Source: Dendrobates tinctorius
Lineage: Eukaryota
Length of the DNA stretch: 64,000 nucleotides
Direction of reading: 5' to 3'
Assembly (NCBI RefSeq): GCF_039654945.1
Contig: NW_027361687.1
Coordinates: forward strand, 49,414,001 to 49,478,000
Below the pieces are notes generated by a model. It was not told the DNA's origin and made no database searches. It saw only the letters and a list, made by a program, of their open reading frames with translations. Positions 35,424 to 48,385 of the stretch are shown in pieces. The first letter of the stretch is position 1; every line of letters starts with the position of its first letter. A program made the position numbers and the translations under genes.

Positions 35424-36044
35424 CTTCCAACGCAAAAACAAGATATTCATGATAGCGATTAGGGGGCAGGGTCCATTCTCACTCTGGGTGATCACCGGTG
35501 TCCGTTCTCCCTTCCAGTTTATCCACTTCACAAAGTAGTAGTCAGCCCCTGAAGCTTCGTTTCCTGCCGGCTTTGACGCTCCGGGTTCTAAGGCCTCTTC
35601 GCAGGGGCTGACGCTAACGCTGGAGCACAGCAAGTTCTGCAGTGATGGGTTCTCCGTCTTCGTGTGATCGTCTGTTGTCTCACAACTCCCAGGCGGCTCG
35701 GATTCTGCTGAAGTGGACATCTCAATGGGTTTTCCCAATTCTGGAATGGACTGGCAGTTACCGTCGTCTGCTCCTCCTTCAGACAGGCTGTCACTTGGGC
35801 GGGTGATGCTGTAAGTGCTGCCATCACTAGAGCCAGACGTCTCTCGCTCCTCCGATGTCTCTCGACTCCTTTCTGCTGTTTCCTCAGATACCAATTCGAA
35901 GCTTCCCCCTCGAGCGTCAGTCTCCATCACGTGTACCTCCACCTCCTGCGGTTTATCACAGCTTTCTGCCTGCAGATCCCTGGTGGGTGCGGATTTTACC
36001 TTTACGCCCTGATTCATGTCAATATCGTTTCCCAAAGGCTCCAT
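35424..36044 (-). CDS. MINDY1: MINDY1 (K48 deubiquitinase FAM63A) first coding exon (catalytic Cys)
   Basis: Acidic N-terminus then YYFVKWINWKGERTPVITQSENGPCPLIAIMNILFLRWK; spliced CDS of 1557 nt stays in frame across all 9 exons. Confidence 0.92.
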
Positions 36045-36545
36045 GACCCAACCAAATAAAAAAAAAAAAAAAAAAACCCTTACAAAAATAAAAATTTCTG
36101 CCCCCCCCGCCCAAAAAAAAGTCCCAAAAATGTATAAATATTACCTGGGACTATTTAAAATTGACCCATGGCAGTTTGTTATTTTTATATAATTAATAAT
36201 AAATCACAAATCGCAACTGAGAAAGTCACAAAAAGATTTTCTTAAAACAAAAAAAAAAAAAAAAAAAAAAAAGACAAAACGATTACAAATAAATTACATC
36301 AAAATCATGGTGAAAAAAGGCAGAATATACAATAAAAAAAATACATAAAAAAACTTGTTTCCTGTAGGTGGCGCTGTGGAATCAGGCAGGGCAAGGTGGA
36401 CTGCTTATTGTAAAGGAGGTGTCTGCAGAGAGAAAAATATATTGGAACCTGATTATTTTTAAAGGAATTGTTCATTAATAAGATACTAGAACAGTGGGGG
36501 GGTCTGACCCCTCTGCTCAAGCAGGACAGTGCCATACATGGTATA

Positions 36546-36609
36546 CCATCTTTTCAGTTAGCCATTAAAAGGTATCAACTACTGAGGACTCTCAATCCTG
36601 AATATTTTT
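36546..36609. mobile_element. 64-bp retro-insertion remnant (Penelope-like end)
   Basis: Flanked by a perfect 13-bp duplication CATACATGGTATA (36533-36545 / 36610-36622); GTTAGCCATTAAAAGGTATC resembles amphibian Penelope termini (from recall). Confidence 0.55.
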
Positions 36610-36933
36610 CATACATGGTATAGTGGTCCCTGATGGGTACAGCATAGCTGCAGTACCCGCAATGCCCACTACCCCATGGATGGCGCTGTGCGGTTCTGGC
36701 AACTGATTGGTGGAGGCACTATGCTATTTATCACCTCTCCGGAGTATAAAATAAAAAAATCAGTATCTGAGTGTGGTAACGACAGCAATGAGCGCAATGC
36801 TGCAGACGGAGCCGCCATTTCATCATGTCACAGATCTCCGCATCAGCGAATAGAGACTGAGGAAGATGAGCCGAGGACCAGAGCGAAAGGGGACAACGGG
36901 CAGAAATATTGTATGTATGTGCACACACACACA

Positions 36934-38050
36934 TCTATAACATAACCGGGGGAGCGTAACTCCTGTCTGAAGCTTTCAAAGACAGCGCAATCACGACGCG
37001 CCTGCGCAGTCTGGACCCAGAGGGTTGCATCCCCCAGGAGATCGCAGTATGCGTAAGCACTGAACACATACTGCATCCGATGTTGCTGTTGCCAGCGGGG
37101 TCTTGCGTCTTCAGGTGATGTCTGGAGTGGACATGTTGTGGTGCTGGAATCGGCGCCTGCGCAGTCCGCACTAACCACCGCGATTTTCTTGAAGACACTG
37201 CAGTGTGTCTTCAAGAACATGGCGGCGGAAAGCGAGGACTGCGCAGGCGCTGAGTCCGGCACCACAACATGTCCACTCCAGACATAAATCGGCGCCTGCG
37301 CAGTCCTTGCTTTCCGCCATGCAGAATAAATGTAATTAAAAAAAAAGGGGGTGATGGGACCATGTATACCAGGATTGGTGGTGGTGGTGGGGGGGGGGGG
37401 GGGGGGGGGGCGCGCGCGAGAGGACCACACATACCACGATAGGGATGAGGAGGCCATGCATACCAGGGTTGGGGGGTGAGGGGACCATGTATACAAGGAT
37501 TGGGGGGGGGGGAGCCAGAGGACCACGCATACGATAGGGATGAGGAGGCCATGCATACAAGGGTTAGGGGGGGGGGGGGCGCGCGCGAGAGGACCACGCA
37601 TACGATAGGGATGAGGAGGCCATGCATACCAGGGTTGGGGGGGGGGGCGAGAGGACCACGCATACCACGATAGGGATGAGGAGGCCATGCATACCAGGGT
37701 TGGGGGGGGGGGGGCGAGAGGACCACGCATACCACGATAGGGATGAGGAGGCCATGCATACCAGGGTTGGGGGGGGGGGGGGGGGCGAGAGGACCACGCA
37801 TACCACGATAGGGATGAGGAGGCCATGCATACCAGGGTTGGGGGGTGAGGGGACCATGTATACCAGGATTGGGGGGAAGGAGCCAGAGGACCACGCATAC
37901 GATAGGGATGAGGGGGTGCCACGCATACCAGGGTTGGGGGTGAGGGAACCATACATACCTGGAAAGGAGGGTGGCAGCACATACCAGGATGGGAGACCAT
38001 ATACCAATAAAAATGCACGCCACCTGGGCGTAGAACGGGTTCATAACTAG
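36934..38050 (+). mobile_element. Non-autonomous Helitron containing a G-rich ~60-bp minisatellite (37395-37960)
   Basis: A|TC 5' end (TCTATAACATAA), 3' hairpin-like CCTGGGCGTAGAACGGG then CTAG|T, no TSD. Confidence 0.7.
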
Positions 38051-38323
38051 TGTATATATAATGGGCAGCACCAGATACTGCCAAGAAAAACAGGAAAAAT
38101 CTCCACAAAAAAATTACCAAACAGAAAAAGTAAAGAACAGAAAAAATGTAATTCAAAAAGTAAAAAATAAAACAAATGTAAAAGATAAATAATCCAAATA
38201 AATAGAAGCAATGAATTCCCGCAGTTCGGCAGATAACGCGCCCTCGAAGTGAGCTCTGGACACACAGGAGAGGCCGCTCACTCCCTCTACTACGGCTCGG
38301 GGTTCCCCGCCCTCACCACGTAC

Positions 38324-38400
38324 CTGCTCAAGGCCCGGGAGGGCGCCTCCTCCGCTCTGAGGCTACCGGACTCCTCCGGCCTCTTGTTTATATTCCGGGA
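38324..38400 (-). promoter_or_regulatory. MINDY1: Probable non-coding exon 1 / promoter of MINDY1
   Basis: CpG-rich patch, donor CAG|GTACGT at 38323, CCGGAA ETS-like motifs; the start position is approximate. Confidence 0.5.
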
Positions 38401-38452
38401 CAGTTCTCTGTAGACCGACACCAAGTGGGTACAGAACAGCAGCGGATAACAC

Positions 38453-38830
38453 CAGCGCCACCTGGAGGCCAGGATGAAGGAATGCAGCACAGAGAAGGGC
38501 GTAGTCTATCACAGCGATTCCTAGCGGCCAAGAGGAAGGTGTAGTTTATCACGGCGACACCGGGCGGTTTGGAGACGGCAGTGCACTACAGATGAACAAC
38601 TGTAATTTGTCACAGCGACACCTGGCGACCAGGAGGAGGTAGTGCAGACCAGAGGACCGGTAGTAGAGAGTTACAGCAACACTTGGCCGTCAGCATGCGA
38701 TATTAAAGTACAGAGGAACAAGAGAGGTTTATCACGCTAACACCTGGAGGCCAGGAGGACGGTGTGCCCGATAAACGGAGTGTGAGGCATCACAGCGACA
38801 CCTAGCAGCCATAAGGAGGTATTGCAGTAC
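38453..38830 (-). promoter_or_regulatory. Tandem array of 7 CTCF-like motifs
   Basis: Cores at 38453, 38512, 38552, 38613, 38674, 38735, 38793 (e.g. minus-strand TGGCCTCCAGGTGGCGCTG), several with the upstream TGCA motif. Confidence 0.65.
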
Positions 38831-38872
38831 TTCCCACTCCGTATCGCACGCTGTACATTAGAAACACGGATC

Positions 38873-41800
38873 GTTAGTATCACATAGGTTTAGATACACG
38901 GCTCAGCAGGCAGTATCACACAGGAGAGGATTAGATACACAGCTCAGCAGACAGTATCACACAGGAGAGGATTAGATACACAGCTCAGCAGACAGTATCA
39001 CACAGGAGAGGATTAGATACACAGCTCAGCAGACAGTATCACACAGGAGAGGATTAGATACACGGCTCAGCAGTCAGTATCACACAGGATAGGATTAGAT
39101 ACACAGCTCAGCAGTCAGTATCACACAGGATAGGATTAGATACACTGCTCAGCAGACAGTATCACACAGGGGAGGATTAGATACACGGCTCAGCAGGCAG
39201 TATCACACAGGAGAGGATTAGATACACAGCTCAGCAGACAGTATCACACAGGAGAGGATTAGATACACAGCTCAGCAGACAGTATCACACAGGAGAGGAT
39301 TAGATACACGGCTCAGCAGTCAGTATCACACAGGAGAGGATTAAATACACGGCTCAGCAGTCAGTATCACACAGGAGAGGATTAGATACACAGCTCAGCA
39401 GTCAGTATCACACAGGATAGGATTAGATACACTGCTCAGCAGACAGTATCACACAGGAGAGGATTAGATACATGGCTCAGCAGTCAGTATCACACAGGAT
39501 AGGATTAGATACACGGCTCAGCAGTCAGTATCACACAGGATAGGATTAGATACACAGCTCAGCAGTCAGTATCACACAGGGTAGGATTAGATACACGGCT
39601 CAGCAGTCAGTATCACACAGGATAGGATTAGATACACAGCTCAGCAGTCAGTATCACACAGGGTAGGATTAGATACACGGCTCAGCAGTCAGTATCACAC
39701 AGGATAGGATTAGATACACAGCTCAGCAGTCAGTATCACACAGGAGAGGATTAAATACACGGCTCAGCAGTCAGTATCACACAGGATAGGATTAGATACA
39801 TGGCTCAGCAGTCAGTATCACACAGGAGAGGATTAAATACACGGCTCAGCAGTCAGTATCACACAGGATAGGATTAGATACATGGCTCAGCAGTCAGTAT
39901 CACACAGGATAGGATTAGATACACAGCTCAGCAGTCAGTATCACACAGGATAGGATTAGATACACGGCTCAGCAGTCAGTATCACACAGGATAGGATTAG
40001 ATACACAGCTCAGCAGTCAGTATCACACAGGATAGGATTAGATACACAGCTCAGCAGACAGTATCACACAGGATAGGATTAGATACACAGCTCAGCAGTC
40101 AGTATCACACAGGAGAGGATTAAATACACGGCTCAGCAGTCAGTATCACACAGGATAGGATTAGATACATGGCTCAGCAGTCAGTATCACACAGGATAGG
40201 ATTAGATACACAGCTCAGCAGTCAGTATCACACAGGATAGGATTAGATACACGGCTCAGCAGTCAGTATCACACAGGATAGGATTAGATACACAGCTCAG
40301 CAGTCAGTATCACACAGGATAGGATTAGACACACGGCTCAGCAGTCAGTATCACACAGGAGAGGATTAGATACACAGCTCAGCAGTCAGTATCACACAGG
40401 AGAGGATTAGATACACAGCTCAGCAGACAGTATCACACAGGAGAGGATTAGATACACAGCTCAGCAGTCAGTATCACACAGGAGAGGATTAAATACACGG
40501 CTCAGCAGTCAGTATCACACAGGATAGGATTAGATACATGGCTCAGCAGTCAGTATCACACAGGATAGGATTAGATACACAGCTCAGCAGTCAGTATCAC
40601 ACAGGATAGGATTAGATACACGGCTCAGCAGACAGTATCACACAGGATAGGATTAGATACACAGCTCAGCAGTCAGTATCACACAGGATAGGATTAGATA
40701 CACGGCTCAGCAGTCAGTATCACACAGGATAGGATTAGATACACAGCTCAGCAGTCAGTATCACACAGGATAGGATTAGACACACGGCTCAGCAGTCAGT
40801 ATCACACAGGATGGGATTAGATACACAGATCAGCAGACAGTGTCACACAGGATAGGATTAGATACACGGCTCAGCAGACAGTATCACACAGGATAGGATT
40901 AGATACACAGCTCAGCAGTCAGTATCACACAGGATAGGATTAGATACACGGCTCAGCAGTCAGTATCACACAGGATAGGATTAGATACATGGCTCAGCAG
41001 TCAGTATCACACAGGATAGGATTAGACACACGGCTCAGCAGTCAGTATCACACAGGATAGGATTAGATACACAGCTCAGCAGTCAGTATCACACAGGGTA
41101 GGATTAGATACACGGCTCAGCAGTCAGTATCACACAGGATAGGATTAGATACACAGCTCAGCAGTCAGTATCACACAGGAGAGGATTAAATACACGGCTC
41201 AGCAGTCAGTATCACACAGGATAGGATTAAATACACGGCTCAGCAGTCAGTATCACACAGGAGAGGATTAGATACACAGCTCAGCAGTCAGTATCACACA
41301 GGATAGGATTAGATACACTGCTCAGCAGACAGTATCACACAGGAGAGGATTAGATACATGGCTCAGCAGTCAGTATCACACAGGATAGGATTAGATACAC
41401 GGCTCAGCAGTCAGTATCACACAGGATAGGATTAGATACACAGCTCAGCAGTCAGTATCACACAGGGTAGGATTAGATACACGGCTCAGCAGTCAGTATC
41501 ACACAGGATAGGATTAGATACACAGCTCAGCAGTCAGTATCACACAGGAGAGGATTAAATACACGGCTCAGCAGTCAGTATCACACAGGATAGGATTAGA
41601 TACATGGCTCAGCAGTCAGTATCACACAGGAGAGGATTAAATACACGGCTCAGCAGTCAGTATCACACAGGATAGGATTAGATACATGGCTCAGCAGTCA
41701 GTATCACACAGGATAGGATTAGATACACAGCTCAGCAGTCAGTATCACACAGGATAGGATTAGATACACGGCTCAGCAGTCAGTATCACACAGGATAGGA

Positions 41801-42980
41801 TTAGATACACAGCTCAGCAGTCAGTATCACACAGGATAGGATTAGATACACAGCTCAGCAGACAGTATCACACAGGATAGGATTAGATACACAGCTCAGC
41901 AGTCAGTATCACACAGGAGAGGATTAAATACACGGCTCAGCAGTCAGTATCACACAGGATAGGATTAGATACATGGCTCAGCAGTCAGTATCACACAGGA
42001 TAGGATTAGATACACAGCTCAGCAGTCAGTATCACACAGGATAGGATTAGATACACGGCTCAGCAGTCAGTATCACACAGGATAGGATTAGATACACAGC
42101 TCAGCAGTCAGTATCACACAGGATAGGATTAGACACACGGCTCAGCAGTCAGTATCACACAGGAGAGGATTAGATACACAGCTCAGCAGTCAGTATCACA
42201 CAGGAGAGGATTAGATACACAGCTCAGCAGACAGTATCACACAGGAGAGGATTAGATACACAGCTCAGCAGTCAGTATCACACAGGAGAGGATTAAATAC
42301 ACGGCTCAGCAGTCAGTATCACACAGGATAGGATTAGATACATGGCTCAGCAGTCAGTATCACACAGGATAGGATTAGATACACAGCTCAGCAGTCAGTA
42401 TCACACAGGATAGGATTAGATACACGGCTCAGCAGACAGTATCACACAGGATAGGATTAGATACACAGCTCAGCAGTCAGTATCACACAGGATAGGATTA
42501 GATACACGGCTCAGCAGTCAGTATCACACAGGATAGGATTAGATACACAGCTCAGCAGTCAGTATCACACAGGATAGGATTAGACACACGGCTCAGCAGT
42601 CGGTATCACACAGGATAGGATTAGATACACAGCTCAGCAGTCAGTATCACACAGGAGAGGATTAGATACACGGCTCAGCAGTCGGTATCACACAGGATAG
42701 GATTAGATACACAGCTCAGCAGTCAGAATCACACAAGATAGGATTAGATACACGGCTCAGCAGTCAGTATCACACAGGGCAGGATTAGATACACGGCTCA
42801 GCAGTCAGTATCACACAGGATAGGATTAGATACACGGCTCAGCAGACAGTATCACACAGGATAGGATTAGATACACAGCTCAGCAGACAGTATCACACAG
42901 AATAGGATTAGATACACGGCTCAGCAGTCAGTATCACACAGGATAGGATTAGATACACGGCTCAGCATTCAGTATCACAG
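38873..42980. repeat. 41-bp minisatellite, ~100 copies
   Basis: Unit GCTCAGCAGTCAGTATCACACAGGATAGGATTAGATACACA, period 41. Confidence 0.97.
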
Positions 42981-43108
42981 GCTGTAGATTAGCTACACCG
43001 CTCATTGATTAAGCTCCGCCCCCTCTAGCTGACATCTCCCGGCATGCAGTGCGATGTGGGAGGCTCAATGATACTGAGTATTCCGGAGTCCGGACAGAGA
43101 GGAGCGGT

Positions 43109-43147
43109 ATGGAGGGATTCTTGAGGGACTGCAAGAGCGGAATACAG
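43109..43147 (+). CDS. PRUNE1: PRUNE1 exon 1 (MEGFLRDCKSGIQ)
   Basis: 39-nt coding part, CAG|GTGAGA donor, GC box CTCCGCCCC at ~43014; in frame with exon 2. Confidence 0.8.
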
Positions 43148-45250
43148 GTGAGAGGGTGCAGGAGGGGTTCCATGCTTCTGTCGGGGTGCAGGGTGAGTGG
43201 AGGGTGTCCGTGCGTCTGTGTCAGGGTGAGTGAAGGGTGTCCGTGCGTCTGTGTCAGGGTGAGTGGAGGGTGTCCGTGCGTCTCTGTCGTGGTGCAGGGT
43301 GAGTGCAGAGTGCAGGAGGGTCCCCGTGCCTCTGTCGGGGTGCAGGAGGGTGTCCATGAGTCTGTCGGGGTGCAGGGTGAGTGGAGGGTCCAGGAGGGTC
43401 GCCATGCCTCTGTTTTGGGGTGGAGGGTGTCCGTGCGTCCGTGTTGGGGTGCATGGTGAGTGGAGGGGTGCAGGAGGGTCGCCGTGCCTCTGTCGGGGTG
43501 CAGGGTGTAGGGGTGCAGGAGGGTCGCCGTGCCTCTGTCGGGGTGGAGGGGTGCAGGAGGGTCGCCGTGTCTCTGTCGGGGTGCGGGGTGGAGGGGTGCA
43601 GGAGGGTCGCCGTGCCTCTGTCGGGGTGCAGGGTGTAGGGGTGCAGGAGGGTCGCCGTGCCTCTGTCGGGGTGGAGGGGTGCAGGAGGGTCGCCGTGTCT
43701 CTGTCGGGGTGCGGGGTGGAGGGGTGCAGGAGGGTCGCCGTGCCTCTGTCGGGGTGGAGGGGTGCAGGAGGGTCGCCGTGCCTCTGTCGGGGTGGAGGGG
43801 TGCAGGAGGGTCGCCGTGCCTCTGTCGGGGTGGAGGGGTGCAGGAGGGTCGCCGTGCCTCTGTCGGGGTGGAGGGGTGCAGGAGGGTCGCCGTGCCTCTG
43901 TCGGGGTGGAGGGGTGCAGGAGGGTCGCCGTGCCTCTGTCGGGGTGGAGGGGTGCAGGAGGGTCGCCGTGCCTCTGTCGGGGTGGAGGGGTGCAGGAGGG
44001 TCGCCGTGCCTCTGTCGGGGTGGAGGGGTGCAGGAGGGTCGCCGTGCCTCTGTCGGGGTGGAGGGGTGCAGGAGGGTCGCCGTGCCTCTGTCGGGGTGGA
44101 GGGGTGCAGGAGGGTCGCCGTGCCTCTGTCGGGGTGGAGGGGTGCAGGAGGGTCGCCGTGCCTCTGTCGGGGTGGAGGGGTGCAGGAGGGTCGCCGTGCC
44201 TCTGTCGGGGTGGAGGGTGCAGGAGGGTTGCGTGCCTCTGCGTCGGGGTGCTGGGTGAGTGGAGGGTGCAGGAGGTTTGCCTTGTGTCTGTGTGGGGTGG
44301 AGGGTGCAGGATGGTCGCCGTGCCTCTATCGGGGTGCAGGGTGAGTGGAGGGTGCAGGAGCGTTGCGTGCCTCTGTCGGGGTGCAGGGTGAGTGGAGGGT
44401 GCAGGAGGGTTGCGTGCCTCTGCGTCGGGGTGCTGGGTGAGTGGAGGGTGCAGGAGGGTTGCGTGCCTCTGCGTCGGGGTGCTGGGTGAGTGGAGGGTGC
44501 AGGAGGGTTGCCGTGCCTCTGTGTGGGGTGCAGGGTGAGTGGAGGGTGCAGGAGGGTTGCGTGCCTCTGTGTCAGGGTGCAGGAGGGTTGCCGTGCCTCT
44601 TTGTCGGGGTGGAGGGGTGCAGGAGGGTTGCCGTGTCTGTGTGGGGTGCTGGGTGAGTGGAGGGTGCAGGAGGGTTGCGTGCCTCTGCGTCGGGGTGCTG
44701 GGTGAGTGGAGGGTGCAGGAGGGTTGCGTGCCTCTGCGTCGGGGTGCTGGGTGAGTGGAGGGTGCAGGAGGGTTGCCGTGCCTCTGTGTGGGGTGCAGGG
44801 TGAGTGGAGGGTGCAGGAGGGTTGCGTGCCTCTGTGTCGGGTTGCCGTGCCTCTTTGTCGGGGTGGAGGGGTGCAGGAGGGTCGCTGTGCCTCTGTGTGG
44901 GGTGCAGGAGGATTGCCGTGTCTCTGTGTGAGGTGGAGGGTGCAGGAGGGTTGCCGTGCCTCTGCGTCGGGGTGCTGGGTGAGTGGAGGGTGCAGGAGGG
45001 TTGCGTGCCTCTGTGTTGGGGTGCAGGAGGGTTGCCGTGCCTCTTTGTCGGGGATGCAGGGTGAGTGCAGGGGTGCATGAGGGTTACTGTGCCTCTGTGT
45101 CGGGATGCAGGAGTGTCGCTGTGCCACTGTGTGGGGTGCATGGTGAGTGGAGAGGTGCAGGAGGGTCGCCGTGCCTCTGTGTGGGGTGCAGGGTGAGTGT
45201 AGGGTGCAGGAGGGTTGCGTGCCTCTGTGTCGGGGTGCAGGAAGGGCTCC
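43148..45250. repeat. G-rich 38-bp-core minisatellite in PRUNE1 intron 1
   Basis: Core TGCCTCTGTCGGGGTGGAGGGGTGCAGGAGGGTCGCCG with 49-bp variants carrying GGTGAGT. Confidence 0.95.
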
Positions 45251-46009
45251 AGGCGTCTGTGCCAGTACAGTGTACACAGCCCCCCCCCCCCCCCCCCCCC
45301 CCCCCTGCTCTTCCATGTGACACTGCGCTCTGCCTTGTACCCTGTCATCACACAGACCTGTCGTGCAGGGTATGAGGCAGTTACCCCGGTTTTCGCTCTG
45401 CCTTTCACCTCCTACACGTTGCGCTCAGGCTTTTGACACTTGGTCAGGGCTGCTGTGAGCCGAGACACTGACCCTTTTATTTCTCTCCCTCAGAGTTGTG
45501 ACTGTCATATGATCTGCAGGAGCCTCAGGAATAGAGCATGTGCACAATTGCTCATACATAGGGTGGAACTACCACAATATGGACAGAATGAATATGACGT
45601 ACTACAAACTCCAGAATTTCCAGTGTGGCTCCCATGTCCCCGTTTTAGCCAATCAGATCTCTGCTTTCATTTTGTTACCTAAGCTGGGATCTGAGTGGTT
45701 GCTATGGGTGACGCTACCTGCACTGGATTTCCCTATTTACTAGTAAGGCCGTTCCTTAGAAATGGTGGCCGGCGGCGCTTGTCACTGCTGGCAATTTTTG
45801 TATGGTCGCCTCTTAACAAAATACAGGAACATAGCACGGGGGGGGCTCCCATTTTGAAACCTTATGAAGCCAGGCTTAAAATATTGCTCTGTGGAGACGG
45901 CCAGCTGGCATCTGCCACATACCTCTATTTTTACATCGGTGCGTCTACTGATAGGATTTCATGGCTCAGTGTCTATTTTTTTCCATCTGTAATCCTCAAT
46001 GTAAAATGT

Positions 46010-48385
46010 GGTCATTACTGGGAAAGCTGGGGGATACAGGTGGCCATATTTGTGGTTAGGTATTACTGGGAAAGCTGGGGGATACAAGTGGCCATATTTG
46101 TTGTGGGTCATCATTTCTGGGAAAGCTGGGGGATACAGGTGGCCATATTTGTTGTGGTTCATCATTTCTGGGAAAGCTGGGGGATACAGGTGGCCATATT
46201 TGTTGTGGTTCATCATTTCTGGGAAAGCTGGGGGATACAGGTGGCCATATTTGTTGTGGTTAGGTATTACTGGGAAACCTGGGGGATACAGGTGGCCATA
46301 TTTGTGTGGTTAGTTATTACTGGGAAACCTGGGGGATACAGGTGGCCATATTTGTGTGGTTAGGAATTACTGGTAAAGCTGGGGGATACAGGTGGCCATA
46401 TTTATTGTGGTTGGGTATTACTGGGAAAGCTGGGGGATACAGGTGGCCATATTTGTTGTGGTTAGGTATTACTGGGAAAGCTGGGGGATACAGGTGGCCA
46501 TATTTGTTTAGGATACCCATTACTGGGAAAGCTGGGGGGATATAGGTGGCCATATTTATTGTGGTTGGGTATTACTGGGAAAGCTGGGGGATACAGGTGG
46601 CCATATTTGTTGTGGATAGGTATTACTGGGAAAGCTGGGGGGATACAGGTGGCCATATTTATTGTGGTTGGGTATTACTGGGAAAGCAGGGGGATACAGG
46701 TGGCCATATTTGTTGTGGATAGGTATTACTGGGAAAGCTGGGGGGATACAGGTGGCCATATTTATTGTGGTTGGGTATTACTGGGAAAGCAGGGGGATAC
46801 AGGTGGCCATATTTGTTGTGGTTAGGTATTACTGGGAAAGCTGGGGGATACAGGTGGCCATATTTGTTTAGGATACCCATTACTGGGAAAGCTGGGGGGA
46901 TACAGGTGGCCATATTTATTGTGGTTGGGTATTACTGGGAAAGCTGGGGGATACAGGTGGCCATATTTGTTGTGGATAGGTATTACTGGGAAAGCTGGGG
47001 GGATACAGGTGGCCATATTTATTGTGGTTGGGTATTACTGGGAAAGCAGGGGGATACAGGTGGCCATATTTGTTGTGGATAGGTATTACTGGGAAAGCTG
47101 GGGGGATACAGGTGGCCATATTTATTGTGGTTGGGTATTACTGGGAAAGCAGGGGGATACAGGTGGCCATATTTGTTGTGGATAGGTATTACTGGGAAAG
47201 CTGGGGGGATACAGGTGGCCATATTTATTGTGGTTGGGTATTACTGGGAAAGCTGGGGGGATACAGGTGGCCATATTTGTTGTGGTTGGGTATTACTGGG
47301 AAAGCTGGGGGGTACAGGTGGCCATATTTGTTGTTGTTCGTCATTTCTGGGAAAGCTGGGGGATACAGGTGGCCATATTTGTTGTGGATAGGTATTACTG
47401 GGAAAGCTGGGGGGATACAGGTGGCCATATTTATTGTGGTTGGGTATTACTGGAAAAGCAGGGGGATACAGGTGGCCATATTTGTTGTGGATAGGTATTA
47501 CTGGGAAAGCTGGGGGGATACAGGTGGCCATATTTATTGTGGTTGGGTATTACTGGGAAAGCAGGGGGATACAGGTGGCCATATTTGTTGTGGATAGGTA
47601 TTACTGGGAAAGCTGGGGGGGATACAGGTGGCCATATTTATTGTGGTTGGGTATTACTGGGAAAGCTGGGGGGTACAGGTGGCCATATTTGTTGTTGTTC
47701 GTCATTTCTGGGAAAGCTGGGGGATACAGGTGGCCATATTTGTTGTGGTTAGTTATTACTGGGAAAGCTGGGGGATACAGGTGACCATATTTGTTGTGGA
47801 TAGGTATTACTGGGAAAGCTGGGGGATACAGTTGGCCATATTTGTTGTTGTTCGTCATTTCTGGGAAAGCTGGGGGATACAGGTGGCCATATTTATTGTG
47901 GTTAGTTATTACTGGGAAAGCTGGGGGATACAGGTGACCATATTTGTTGTGGATAGGTATTACTGGGAAAGCTGGGGGATACAGGTGGCCATATTTGTTG
48001 TGGTTAGTTATTACTGGGAAAGCTGGGGGATACAGGTGACCATATTTGTTGTGGATAGGTATTACTGGGAAAGCTGGGGGATACAGTTGGCCATATTTGT
48101 TGTTGTTCGTCATTTCTGGGAAAGCTGGGGGATACAGGTGGCCATATTTATTGTGGTTAGTTATTACTGGGAAAGCTGGGGGATACAGGTGACCATATTT
48201 GTTGTGGATAGGTATTACTGGGAAAGCTGGGGGATACAGGTGACCATATTTGTTGTGGATAGGTATTACTGGGAAAGCTGGGGGGATACAGGTGGCCATA
48301 TTTGTTGTGGTTCATCATTTCTGGGAAAGCTGGGGGGTACAAGTGATCATATTTGTTGTGGCTAGTTATTACTGGGAAAGCTGAG
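46010..48385. repeat. 51-bp minisatellite, ~46 copies
   Basis: Unit GGTATTACTGGGAAAGCTGGGGGATACAGGTGGCCATATTTGTTGTGGTTA. Confidence 0.96.

Noticed and set aside
36843-38156. 437-aa and 286-aa Pro-rich ORFs
   Set aside because: Products of the tandem repeat and G-runs inside a Helitron.
38873-42980. CRISPR-like regular array
   Set aside because: Contiguous near-identical units with no unique spacers, no cas genes, eukaryotic context.
43025-45316. 763-aa minus-strand ORF and overlapping plus-strand ORFs
   Set aside because: Translations of a stop-poor G/C-rich minisatellite lying in PRUNE1 intron 1; no domain content.
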